Source: Acidobacteriota bacterium | GTDB taxonomy: Bacteria > Acidobacteriota > Terriglobia > Bryobacterales > Bryobacteraceae | DNA length: 64,000 nucleotides | Reading direction: 5' to 3' | Assembly: GCA_043718395.1 (NCBI GenBank) | Contig: JAYSVS010000211.1 | Location: forward strand, 1,166-65,165 | Shown here: positions 49,301 to 58,500 of the stretch, piece by piece | How the letters are laid out: every line of letters starts with the position of its first letter | Numbering within the stretch: position 1 is the stretch's first letter | Notes under the pieces: model-generated | The model's input: only the letters and a program-made list of their open reading frames with translations | Told to the model about the DNA's origin: nothing | Database searches by the model: none | Made by a program: the position numbers and the translations under genes

Positions 49301-49495
49301 TTGCTCTTCCGCGAGCGGTATAAGTTAAACCTGTTTGTCGAAGGATTCAATGTGTTCAACATAGCCAACCTTGGGGGCATCAGCAACAGCCTCAATAATC
49401 CGGCATCGTTCGGTATTCCCACAAGCCGGGCGGGCCAGGTCTTTGGGTCGGGCGGACCACGAGCCTTCCAACTCGGCGGGCGCTTCTCCTTCTAG
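46343..49495 (+). CDS. TonB-dependent receptor-like outer-membrane protein with an N-terminal carboxypeptidase-regulatory-like domain
   Basis: Signal MIRVFVFLLATWTITLGQA, then IAGTVSDDSGAVVVGAAITVTNVETG...GRYEVRTSMAGF. The product is 1050 aa and ends in ...GGRFSF. Confidence 0.85.
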   Translation: MIRVFVFLLATWTITLGQAPIGTIAGTVSDDSGAVVVGAAITVTNVETGLKRELKSTAEGQYSVAALPAGRYEVRTSMAGFRQTLREASVVVGSTTTVDMKLQVGAVSEVVTVDAATSQLAFDSHKIDGVIGRTQIESLPLNGRSFLQLAFLEPGVGVGTQSLAQYNAQFSVSVLGSSSGKTALTVDGGNVRNALEGGTAQNFSQEVVEEFQISSANFDLSTGIAASGAINIVSRSGGNAFHGGGYFFFRDNNMSAYPALRRNPFAPDPFFARRQSGFLVSGPIKKDKLFFFFNMENNNQDAVVTVQPDSPYFATLAQNASNPYDARQISAKFDYRISQQHNMFARYSHDGNKGFGPRSGSPLPSNWLVNRNWADQSIMGLTSTFRSTLVNDFRFAYQYWNNRNLHPTSNECPGCLGLGLPEMSVVATNVRFGNTANAPQGRDMRRYNIVNNMTWQKGSHRMRFGGSYENSPFTGYWAFGDPAAGQVWGPDIMVANRIPLAAFGLPNQFLTSADVLKLPLAVFAIGVGDPSQPPPYQKDKAGNNRRYHFFWQDTFRVNKKLTLNYGLAWQFESTLVNGDLSKPALLAPIMESLEPTKPTYTNWTPSFGFAYSPFKNNKTVIRGGGGFYYDTTELSQRLGERAAIGPVGNGRQQFGGQSIPNPVAGIVNPIPGVLPNVNVGTPLDFRTLPTGFRLSDLLNILPQVRAQAEASTANPNPNDLSVRNINISKQGTDIYPHRYGPGYSRHLTLGVQRELRKDLVINADFVYRHGFREDLGSLDYNRFFRVQGPVIPRCVGTQAADPKANCSTGSIGVRTPAGRSVYRALLVKVDKRFSKRYQFMASYALAAAQGMNGITNLDNWFENWGPVGGRHALNVSGIVDLPFKVQASFISSIGTRGPYRPQLGSVDLDGDGLDTAFLPGWNVPDRKPTRERLEKSVAAWNAAYPDLANGQRPRTSRGQTIPKLSLPSDYSFGENFSSQDIRVTKTLLFRERYKLNLFVEGFNVFNIANLGGISNSLNNPASFGIPTSRAGQVFGSGGPRAFQLGGRFSF

Positions 49496-51573
49496 TAGCG
49501 GCGAACCGAGGTGTTGTATAGCGTTGAGTTGCCTCCGGCATCCCAGGCGCGAACCTGGATGGCGTTGAAGCCAACTGCTATCTTGACTTCGAAAGACCAG
49601 TTGATGCTGCTGCCGGACGTATTGGCCGTGGCGGTACCGCTTTGGTCGCCGGCGGAATTTGTCCAGGTGACTTGCTTGACCGAAACGTTGTCCGACGCGG
49701 TACCACGAAAGGTGAGCCGCGTTGCGCTGGTAATGATGAAGTTTCCGATGGGTTGTTGGATGGTCATGCGTGGTGGTTCTTTGTCCCCTGAAGGATTTAC
49801 CGGAGGCGTTACTGCCTCAGTGGGAATCCTTTGTACTGAAATTCTGCTCGTTGTTGTGATGCCCGTTCGCGCCTTGGCCGTGACCGAGATTTCATTGGCC
49901 CCGGTCTCTAGCGGAATGAGTGCGCTCCAGGATTCAAGCCCTGTAGCGGATCCACTTTTAGAGCGATTGGTGGCCCAGTTGACCGATGCGATGCCCCCGG
50001 AGAACATGGCAGTGCCTTCGAGTCGCACCTGCGAAGCCGTGGTCGATTGCCCGCTGGTTGCTGGAGAGGTGATCTTGAGTTGGACGCTGCCTTCTGCTTC
50101 GAGAATCAAGTTACGAATGGAACTTACTGCGAAGTTGTTGAGTATGGCTTCGATCCGAAGTCGATTGTTGCCGGCAATGAGTGGTACGGCGGCGCAACTG
50201 TAAGTAGTGTTGATGCTATTGATCAGGCAATTGCCTCTCAAATTCGATGTCTCGTTAAGGTAAGCAATTCTTAGCCCTGCGGTGCCGCTTGTGATGGTGC
50301 CCCCCAGGTTGGCTGTGCTGGTGCTCAATCGCGCGCCTTCAGCAGGATTTGTGATCGCAATGCTCAATGGGACGGTGGCGGTGGTTCTTGCTTCGGCGTA
50401 GATCTGGCGGATGGAATCGATATCCGGCTGTTTGAGGCCTTCGGCCTTCTGGTAGTACGGATACATGACTGAGCCCGGAGTGTCAGTGTGTCCGATGCCG
50501 AGGGAGTGACCTATCTCATGCAAGCCCACGCTAAATACATCCCACTGGCCGCCGATGGACCAAGCCCAGGCGTCGTTAATGTGGATGTCGCCGGCAATCG
50601 GTTCGGGATTCGGCGGGGCCGGATAGAAGCTATGGCCAAGAACGGTGCTACCGCTCCTGAAAGGGAAAAGATCGCCGTGGTCGCCGGTAGCGAACATGAC
50701 GTCAATATTGCGAATTGCATTGCGCGCTGTTGTTTCAGAAAAGTTAATGGCAACTACTCGCGACCATTCATTAAAGGCACGGCGAACTTCAGCGCGGGTT
50801 TGGGTAGGCTCCGTGCGATTGCCGAGGCTACCGAACGAATAATTGAGTGCGGCCTGGCCACGGCCTGGACCATCCCAGCCCTCCCCATAGCTGGAGGCCA
50901 GCATCGCAACTTCGTAACCGGCGCTCAATACGCCACCGCAAGCCATATAAATGTCCCCTGCTTTCAAGCCCTGCGGAGCAGGAAATAGATATTCGATTTC
51001 GTCCCAGAGTGCCAGTGCAGCCATTTGAACTGGCGTAAGCTCGGCAAGGCGGTCTTCTGAAGTGAGCGAGGCATTTTTTAGAGCGGCCACTCCTTCGGCC
51101 TCGAGGATGCTATCTGCCTCCCAATCTTCCACGTCCTTGTGAAAGTGGACAATGACCAGCGCATGAGCTTTTGCGGGACTCACTTCGCCAGCACTGACAT
51201 CTGCCGTTAGAATTTGTGGACTCATCTTGTCGCTCGCCTCAATTGGGGACCGATAGGTGTATTCAAGCCCTTCCCAAGACATCTCTTCGGGCGCGGCAAT
51301 GATGAATCCATTGACCGGAACACTAGACAGAATCTTTGCTCCGCGCTGATCCCAGACACTCAAATCTGGAGAATCAGTGGCAAACTGCACCATCCAGTGC
51401 CAGCGTTTTGAGCTCATCCTCTTGGGCTGTGCAGTGGCGGCCCGAAGCTGCAATGCTGCTGGATTCTCCATGTTGGGATCGATAATTCTCGTTTTCAGGC
51501 GTAGTTCTTCCGCATTCGCAATGGCAGCGAAAGAGACGCAAGCTGCCAAAAGGGCCAGACTTAAGCGCTTCAT
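49492..51573 (-). CDS. Secreted matrixin-type (M10) zinc metalloprotease with C-terminal Ig-like repeats
   Basis: Signal MKRLSLALLAACVSFAAIANA. The zinc site VGLHEIGHSLGIGH (HExxHxxGxxH) is followed by the Met-turn VMYPYY. The C-terminal region of about 300 aa is repetitive and beta-rich (…VSVKQVTWTNSAGDQ…). Confidence 0.8.
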   Translation of the reverse strand: MKRLSLALLAACVSFAAIANAEELRLKTRIIDPNMENPAALQLRAATAQPKRMSSKRWHWMVQFATDSPDLSVWDQRGAKILSSVPVNGFIIAAPEEMSWEGLEYTYRSPIEASDKMSPQILTADVSAGEVSPAKAHALVIVHFHKDVEDWEADSILEAEGVAALKNASLTSEDRLAELTPVQMAALALWDEIEYLFPAPQGLKAGDIYMACGGVLSAGYEVAMLASSYGEGWDGPGRGQAALNYSFGSLGNRTEPTQTRAEVRRAFNEWSRVVAINFSETTARNAIRNIDVMFATGDHGDLFPFRSGSTVLGHSFYPAPPNPEPIAGDIHINDAWAWSIGGQWDVFSVGLHEIGHSLGIGHTDTPGSVMYPYYQKAEGLKQPDIDSIRQIYAEARTTATVPLSIAITNPAEGARLSTSTANLGGTITSGTAGLRIAYLNETSNLRGNCLINSINTTYSCAAVPLIAGNNRLRIEAILNNFAVSSIRNLILEAEGSVQLKITSPATSGQSTTASQVRLEGTAMFSGGIASVNWATNRSKSGSATGLESWSALIPLETGANEISVTAKARTGITTTSRISVQRIPTEAVTPPVNPSGDKEPPRMTIQQPIGNFIITSATRLTFRGTASDNVSVKQVTWTNSAGDQSGTATANTSGSSINWSFEVKIAVGFNAIQVRAWDAGGNSTLYNTSVRRY

Positions 51574-51672
51574 TTTATAGATTGATTTCCGTTAAAGGGC
51601 TTATCGAGCGCTGGGTGCCAATGTGATGACAAATTTTTGGCGATTATTGCTTAGCTCGAAACACTACACTAT

Positions 51673-54204
51673 GTGAAGTACGTTCTTTTACTTGGTTTTG
51701 TAAGCATCTTAACGGCGCAGCAGCCCTGGAAGATGCGCACAATCGCTGGAGGTACCGAAGCGGGCGATGGGGGCAGAGCGGCTGATGCTTCGATCCGTTT
51801 TTTGCAGGGAGTTGCGTCGGATTCTCTTGGGAATCTGTATGTCAGCGACGCCGATGATCATCGTGTGCGGCGGGTGGATTCCGCTGGGGTGATCACGACG
51901 CTTGCCGGGGATGGTCTGGCGGGCTTTAGCGGCGACGGCGGACCTGCGGCAAGGGCGCGGGTAAATACCCCTTATGGACTAACCCTGACCAGTGCTGGCG
52001 AACTGATCTTTGCGGATTTGGGGAATGCCCGGGTGCGGCGGATCTTGCGCAACGGCCAGATCGAGACTCTAGTAGGCGGCGGCAGCCGTGAATTGCCTGC
52101 GGCAGGTCAGTTTATGGCCCCGAAAGACGTGAAGCTGATTGCCCCCAGAAACGTCCTGGCTGTACCTAGCGGCTCGATTTACATCTCGGACTTTGGAGCG
52201 AACCGCGTGCTTGAATTGCGTTCGGATGGCACGCTGACCAGTTTGCCGCTGGCGGCGCTCGAATTGAAATCCCCAGCCGGCCTCAGCATTGATGCAAATG
52301 GCAACGTTCTGGTAGCTGACAGCGGCAATGCGAGGATCAGGAGGATTCGCCGTGACGGGCGTGCGGATATTGTGGTGGCCAGCTCAAATGAAATTCCCTT
52401 GGAGAGGCCTGTAGGGCTCGCCAGCCGCCTGGACGGCAGTTTGCTGATTGCTGACACACGCGGCGACTTTCTGTGGCAACTGGACCCTCAAGGGAGGGCG
52501 ACGGTGGTGCCGCCTGGAGGCCGGGATGTAGCCGTCGACTCCTTCGGCAATATCATTACTGCCGGAGCGAGCTGGTTGCGCCGGGTCAATCCAGCAGGGT
52601 TAATCGAGATATTGATCGGCAACAACCATGCCACCTTTCGTGGTGATGGCGGCTCTGCTCTGGCGGCCCGGTTGAACCGGCCTATGGGCGTGGTGGCCGA
52701 TTCCAAGGGCAATCTCTATTTCACCGACACCAGCAACCATCGTGTGCGCTGCGTGCGTACCGATGGCACGATTGCCACAGTGGCCGGTCTGGGCGAACAA
52801 GGCTTTCGGGGCGACGGCGGTCTGGCGGCTCAAGCCTACTTGAATAGCCCTGCCTATCTCGCTGTGGATGCTTTTGACAATTTGTATGTCTCTGATACGG
52901 GCAACCACCGGGTAAGAGTGTTTACTCCTGGCGGAGTGATTCAGACTGTTGCTGGGACGGGCCGCAACGAATTCTCAATTGATGGGGGGTTGGCGTCACA
53001 GACGAGCCTGTCCGGGCCGGCAGGACTTGCTCTGGATCGCGCCGGCAATCTTTATGTGGCAGAACGCGGCCAGCACCGGGTGCGGCGCTTCGCCCCCGGT
53101 GGACGGATCGTAACTGTAGCAGGCACTGCGATTCGAGGCAACAGCGGCGATGGTCAGGATGCAATCGCTGCGGCGCTGAATGGGCCCGGTGCTATTGCTG
53201 TCGATGCGCAGAGCAATCTCTATATTGCGGACACAGGAAATCAATCGATCCGTGTCATTGAGACAGTGTCTGGCAAGATCCGGACTCTGTTGCGGGATCT
53301 GCGGAGCCCTGAAGGGCTGGTGGTAGCCGCCAACGGCACACTGTACTTTAGTGAGGCGCTGCGGCACCGTGTGCAACAACTGAGTGTCAGTGGCGAGGTC
53401 TTGCTGGTGGCGGGGCGCACCAATGAAAATGGCTTCAATGCAGATGCGGGTGATGCGGCAGCGCTGACCTTGAACGAGCCGGCTGGCCTGGCCCTGATGC
53501 CGGATGGAGGGTTGGTGGTAGCAGATCGATTAAATGATCGTATACGCCGGATTGAGCCCCCCGTTGAAGTCATCGTCAGTAACTCGCAGAGCGGACGCGT
53601 TGTACATGCAGCTACTTTTGTTGAAGGTGCGGTGGCACCTGGGCAGCTACTATCGCTACTGACCGGAGCTTTGAGCCGCCCCGAACTGGCAGAAGTGACC
53701 GTGGACGGAATGGCCGCCCCCATCTCTTATGCAGGTAAGTCGCAGGTGAATTTTCAAATGCCCTATGCAATTGCCGGCCGGCCCCAAGTGAGTTTGGAAT
53801 TGCGCGTCGGCGGAGCGCTGGTGTACCGCCTGCCGCTGGATGTCGCAGGGGCGGCACCGGGCTTCTTTGAAGCGAATGGACTTGTGGTTGCGGTGCGGCC
53901 AGATGGCTCTTTGAATGGCGACGGAGCGCCGGCGAGGGCGGGAGATGTGCTGAAGCTCTATGGCACTGGGGAAGGCCTATTGAGGGAGGCGGGTGGGTTG
54001 CAGGTGCCGTTCTTGCCTGCCAGTGTCGAGGTTGGCGGCGTGGCAGCAGAATTACTCTATGCGGGGCCAGCCCCTGGGTATTCGGGGCTCCTGCAAGTGA
54101 ACCTGCGTGTGCCAGACAGCGTGCGATTGAGAGGACGGGTGACGGTGACGCTGAAGGTGGGAGCCTTTCAGAATCCGAAATCACAAGTGATTGTGCTTCA
54201 GTAA
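51673..54204 (+). CDS. NHL-repeat beta-propeller protein with a Solibacter-type C-terminal domain
   Basis: GTG start and signal MKYVLLLGFVSILTAQ. There are more than 10 repeats of the P.G(L/V)A.D..GN(L/I)Y(V/I)(A/S)D..N.R(V/I)RR pattern. The C-terminal ...YAGPAPGYSGLLQVNLRVPD... resembles the uncharacterised Acidobacterial C-terminal domain (TIGR03437-like). Confidence 0.8.
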   Translation: MKYVLLLGFVSILTAQQPWKMRTIAGGTEAGDGGRAADASIRFLQGVASDSLGNLYVSDADDHRVRRVDSAGVITTLAGDGLAGFSGDGGPAARARVNTPYGLTLTSAGELIFADLGNARVRRILRNGQIETLVGGGSRELPAAGQFMAPKDVKLIAPRNVLAVPSGSIYISDFGANRVLELRSDGTLTSLPLAALELKSPAGLSIDANGNVLVADSGNARIRRIRRDGRADIVVASSNEIPLERPVGLASRLDGSLLIADTRGDFLWQLDPQGRATVVPPGGRDVAVDSFGNIITAGASWLRRVNPAGLIEILIGNNHATFRGDGGSALAARLNRPMGVVADSKGNLYFTDTSNHRVRCVRTDGTIATVAGLGEQGFRGDGGLAAQAYLNSPAYLAVDAFDNLYVSDTGNHRVRVFTPGGVIQTVAGTGRNEFSIDGGLASQTSLSGPAGLALDRAGNLYVAERGQHRVRRFAPGGRIVTVAGTAIRGNSGDGQDAIAAALNGPGAIAVDAQSNLYIADTGNQSIRVIETVSGKIRTLLRDLRSPEGLVVAANGTLYFSEALRHRVQQLSVSGEVLLVAGRTNENGFNADAGDAAALTLNEPAGLALMPDGGLVVADRLNDRIRRIEPPVEVIVSNSQSGRVVHAATFVEGAVAPGQLLSLLTGALSRPELAEVTVDGMAAPISYAGKSQVNFQMPYAIAGRPQVSLELRVGGALVYRLPLDVAGAAPGFFEANGLVVAVRPDGSLNGDGAPARAGDVLKLYGTGEGLLREAGGLQVPFLPASVEVGGVAAELLYAGPAPGYSGLLQVNLRVPDSVRLRGRVTVTLKVGAFQNPKSQVIVLQ

Positions 54205-55596
54205 CTAAGCCAGCGCTTGTTTCACGAGATTGCCGTGGACGTCGGTCAGACGGAAGTGGCGGCCCTGGAACTTGTAAGTCAGCCTGGTGTGGTCGATGCC
54301 CAGGCAGTGCAGTAATGTGGCTTGGATGTCGTGGACATGTACAGGGTCTTTGACGATGTTGTAGCTATAATCGTCGGTTTCACCAATGATGGTTCCCGGC
54401 TTTACGCCCCCACCGGCCATCCACATCGAGAAGCAACGAGGGTGATGGTCGCGCCCATAGTTGGTATCGGTAAGGCGGCCCTGACAATAAACTGTGCGAC
54501 CGAATTCGCCACCCCAGACCACAAGTGTGTCCTTTAGCAGCCCGCGCTGCTTGAGATCAAGCACAAGGGCGGCAGAAGCCTGGTCTGTGGCCTTGGCCTG
54601 AAGTTGGATATCCCGTGGAAGATCGTTGTGCTGATCCCAGCCGCGGTTGTAGAGTTGCACGAAGCGGACGCCCTTTTCGACAAGGCGCCTGGCCAGCAGG
54701 CACTGTTGGGCGAAGCTGCCCGGCCGCCGGGAATCTTCACCGTAAAGATCGAAGGTTGCTTCGGTTTCTTTCGACAAATCCATCAGGTCTGGCACGGAGC
54801 TCTGCATCTTGAAAGCCATCTCGTACTGGGCGATGCGGGTGTCCACCTCGGGGTCGCCGCTCGAATCCCCACGCATCTGATTCATCTTCGAGCTGAGATC
54901 CAGGATGCGGCGGCGGGTGTCCTTGGACATGCCCTCGGGGTCATTGAGAAAGAGAACTGGATCTGCGCCGGCGCGGAACTTGACGCCCTGGTAGCTTGAA
55001 GGTAAAAAGCCGGCAGACCACAGCCGGCTGAAGAGGGGCTGGTCGGTATTGATGGCGCTCTTCTGACTGATCATGACGACGAAGCCGGGCAGGTTCTTGT
55101 TCTCGCTGCCAAGACCGTAGCTGACCCAGGATCCGATGCAGGGCCGGCCGGGCTGCTGAAAGCCGGTCTGGATGAACGTGATCGCCGGGTCGTGGTTAAT
55201 TGCGTCGGTGTTGACGCTGCGGATGAGACAGATGTCATCGGCGATCTTGTGGTGCCAGGGGATGATGTCGCTCATCTCCATGCCCGACTGGCCGCGCTTG
55301 GCGAAGTTGAAGAGCGAACTGGCGACGGGCAGTGTGGACTGGCCGCTCGTCATGCCAGTGATTCGTTGGCCCATGCGGATCGTTCCGGGTAGATCTTGGC
55401 CTTGATATTTCTTAAGGCCGGGCTTGGGGTCGAAGAGGTCCAACTGCGAGGGCCCGCCTGACATGTGCAGATAGATGACGCTCTTGGCCTTGGCCGGAAA
55501 GTGCGGTGCCGCGCTGTGATTCTCGTTTGCCATCGCCGCAAAGGCGGTAGCTCCAAAGCCGGATAGGAAGTGGCGGCGGGATTGAAACTCTTGCAT
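54205..55596 (-). CDS. DUF1501-family protein with a twin-arginine signal
   Basis: MQEFQSRRHFLSGFGATAFAAMA carries the classic S-R-R-x-F-L motif. CLLARRLVEKGVRFV, VVWGGEFGRT and GRDHHPRCFSMWMAGGG are present. It starts 3 nt after the upstream stop. Confidence 0.85.
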   Translation of the reverse strand: MQEFQSRRHFLSGFGATAFAAMANENHSAAPHFPAKAKSVIYLHMSGGPSQLDLFDPKPGLKKYQGQDLPGTIRMGQRITGMTSGQSTLPVASSLFNFAKRGQSGMEMSDIIPWHHKIADDICLIRSVNTDAINHDPAITFIQTGFQQPGRPCIGSWVSYGLGSENKNLPGFVVMISQKSAINTDQPLFSRLWSAGFLPSSYQGVKFRAGADPVLFLNDPEGMSKDTRRRILDLSSKMNQMRGDSSGDPEVDTRIAQYEMAFKMQSSVPDLMDLSKETEATFDLYGEDSRRPGSFAQQCLLARRLVEKGVRFVQLYNRGWDQHNDLPRDIQLQAKATDQASAALVLDLKQRGLLKDTLVVWGGEFGRTVYCQGRLTDTNYGRDHHPRCFSMWMAGGGVKPGTIIGETDDYSYNIVKDPVHVHDIQATLLHCLGIDHTRLTYKFQGRHFRLTDVHGNLVKQALA

Positions 55597-55599
55597 CTC

Positions 55600-58500
55600 T
55601 TATTCCTTGGTGAGCACTTCGTCGAGGTTGAGGATGGCGCTGGCAATGCTCATCCAGGTGGCGAGCTCGATTGGGTCTTTGGTTTCGACCTTCGATTCGC
55701 CAGCCTGGATTAGTTTGCGGGCAGCATCGGGGTCGGCCTTGTATTCAGCGAGTTGCGCCTCCGTCGTTGAGGTCAGCAGCTTCAACTCTTGAAGGTTAGG
55801 GTACCGCGCAGTGGCAAGGCGGAACATGTAGCGGATGCGCTTGGTTGAGTCGCTGCCGGCCTCTCTCAGGCTGCGCTCGGCGAGCTTGCGGGCGGCTTCA
55901 AGGTAAGTGACGTCGTTCCAGAGCGCAAGAGCCTGAAGCGGCGTGTTGGTGGTCGCGCGGCGGGCCAGGCATTTCTCTCGATCTGGCGCATCGAAGATCG
56001 CGAGACTGGCTGGCGGCAACGTGCGCTTCCAAAAGCTGTACATGCCACGGCGGTAGAGGTCCTTGCCATGCGATTGCACGTAACGCTGCGCGGAGAACTG
56101 CGCACCGTAGGCGACTTCTTCCCAGAGCCCTGGCGGCTGGTAGGGCAGCACACTGCGGCCACCGATTTCGTCATTGAGCAGGCCGCTGACGGCGAGAGCA
56201 TTGTCGCGAACGAGTTCGGCTTGAACGCGGAAACGAGACATGCGGGCGAGCAGCCGGTTCTCGGGGTCACGCTCCTTGAGGTCTGGCGAGACGTTGGAGC
56301 TCTGCCGGTAGACCGCGCTCATCACGATTTGCTTCTGCAGCTTCTTCACGTCCCAATTGGAGTCGGCAAATGAGGTGGCGAGGTAGTCGAGTAATTCGGC
56401 GTGACTGGGCATTTCGCCCTGACTGCCGAAGTCCTCTACTGTCTTGACAAGGCCGTTACCAAAGTACATCGACCAGAAGCGGTTGACGGCGACACGAGAG
56501 GTGAGCGGGTGATCTTTGGCGGTAAGCCACTGGGCGAGTCCAAGGCGATTGCGGGGCAGGCTTGCAGGCATCGGAGGCAGAAAGCCAGGAGTTGCGGCAT
56601 CGACCTTTTCAGCCTTCTGATCGTATTGACCCCGATTCAGGATGAAGGAATCGCGCGGCTTGTCGAGTTCTTTCATCACCATCGAGGACGGGATCTGTTC
56701 GTCGAGCTCTTTCTTTTCGGCCTTGAGCTGATTGAGACGAGCAAAGAGTTTTTGATTGTCCTCAGCCGCGTCGTACTTCAGGTAGAAATCACGCAGTGTC
56801 GCGGATTGCGTCTTGTTGCGCTTGATACCGCTGTGGAAGAGGAGGTACCGGACGGGCTCGACCACGGCAAGCTGATGGGCTTCCAGTTGCGTGATCGGAC
56901 GGTTGTAGATGCGCAGGTCGTCGAAGGAACCGATCATTTTGGCGAACAGGAATGGTGCGTCGCTGGTGAAGTTGATCTCGCGTTTGGCACCGGACGTGAT
57001 CAGCTCTACTGGCTGGCCGTTGACCAGCAATTCAAAATCGCCCTTGCCCTTGTGGTTGAGAGTGAAGTGCGTGAAATCGCTGTAAGGGAAAGGACTCTTT
57101 GAACTGTAATTGACGGCTTCGCCATTAGAGGCTGTCAATTGGACAAGCAGGTGAGCGCCGCGCTGGCGGTCACCTATAGAAAAGACTTCGTCGTTGCCGA
57201 TCTCAATGCCGGCCTTGTCCTTTTTGGACAGGATGGTCATGGGTTCGAGTTTGTTTCCTCCGCGGAACCAGAAGGCGAGACTAAAGGGTTTGTCTTCGCT
57301 AAAAGTCTCGGGGGCCGGAACTTCAATTCGAGCCGAAGAGTCGAGCAGGGCGGCCTGCCCGATCGGTCCATCATTGGCCGTGGGCGGGATTCCCAGAAAA
57401 CGACCGTGCCGGTAGGTGCCGCTTGATTCGTTGAAATTGCCTTCCATCTCGTAATGAGCAAGCAGGCCTTGCCGTGAGGGGGTAGCGATACGAGCTAGTT
57501 TGGTCTTCTCCCACTCCTCCATGAGTTTTGGGATCCTGGCGTCTTCAAGCTGCTTCTCTCGCGCGGCAATCGCCTGGGTCATTTCTTTTTCGAGAGTGTC
57601 TTGGGTGATGGTTGGAAGCTTCAGGAAAGGCGCGGCGTTGCCCTTCTGGCCGTCCAGACCTTTCTCCTCGATATTATTGAAAAAGGCGTAGAGGCGGTAG
57701 AAGTCTTTCTGCTTGATCGGGTCGTACTTGTGGTCGTGGCAACGGGCGCAACCGACGGTTAGGCCAAGCCAGGTGGTGCTGGTGGCTTCCACTCGATCAA
57801 TCACATACTCGGTTTGATATTCTTCCGGGATCGCGCCGCCCTCATAGTTGATGACGTGATTACGATTAAATCCGCTGGCTACAATCTGTTCGCGGGTGGC
57901 GTTGGGCAGCATGTCCCCGGCGAGCTGCCAGACGGTGAACTGGTCGTAAGGCATGTTGCGGTTGAAGGCCCCAATCAGCCAGTCGCGCCATGGCCACATA
58001 TCGCGGTGCGAGTCAATGTGATAGCCGTGGGTGTCGGCATAGCGGGCGAGGTCAAGCCAGTGCAGGGCGAGTTTCTCCCCGAAGCGGGGGCTAGCGAGCA
58101 GGCGGTCGACCTGCTTTTCATAGGCGCTGGCGGACTTGTCGGCGAGGTATTGGTCGAGTTCCTGGGGCGTGGGAGGCAAGCCATTGAGATCAAGGCTGAG
58201 CCGGCGCAGCAGCGTTGGCTTGTCTGCCTCGGGCGACGGCTTTAGCTTTTCTTGTTCGAGACGGGCCAAAACGAATCGATCAATGTCTGTGCGAGGCCAC
58301 TTTGTCAGTTGCACAGCAGGGATCGCGGGGGCTTTGGGCGCGACAAAGCTCCAGTGTTCTTGCCAGTTTGCACCTTCGTCGACCCAGCGTTTGAGCGTAG
58401 AGATTTGAGCTTCGGCCAGTTGGACTTTGGCGTGAGGAGGCGGCATCTTGCGGGCAGCACGGGTTTCGGTAACTCGTGCCGCGATCTGACTGGCCTTGGC

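Noticed and set aside
53241-54184. Minus-strand ORFs of 160 and 190 aa inside the NHL gene.
   Set aside because: These are shadow ORFs in a repeat-rich, high-G+C gene. Their translations are P/R/A/S-rich, and the + frame shows regular NHL blades.
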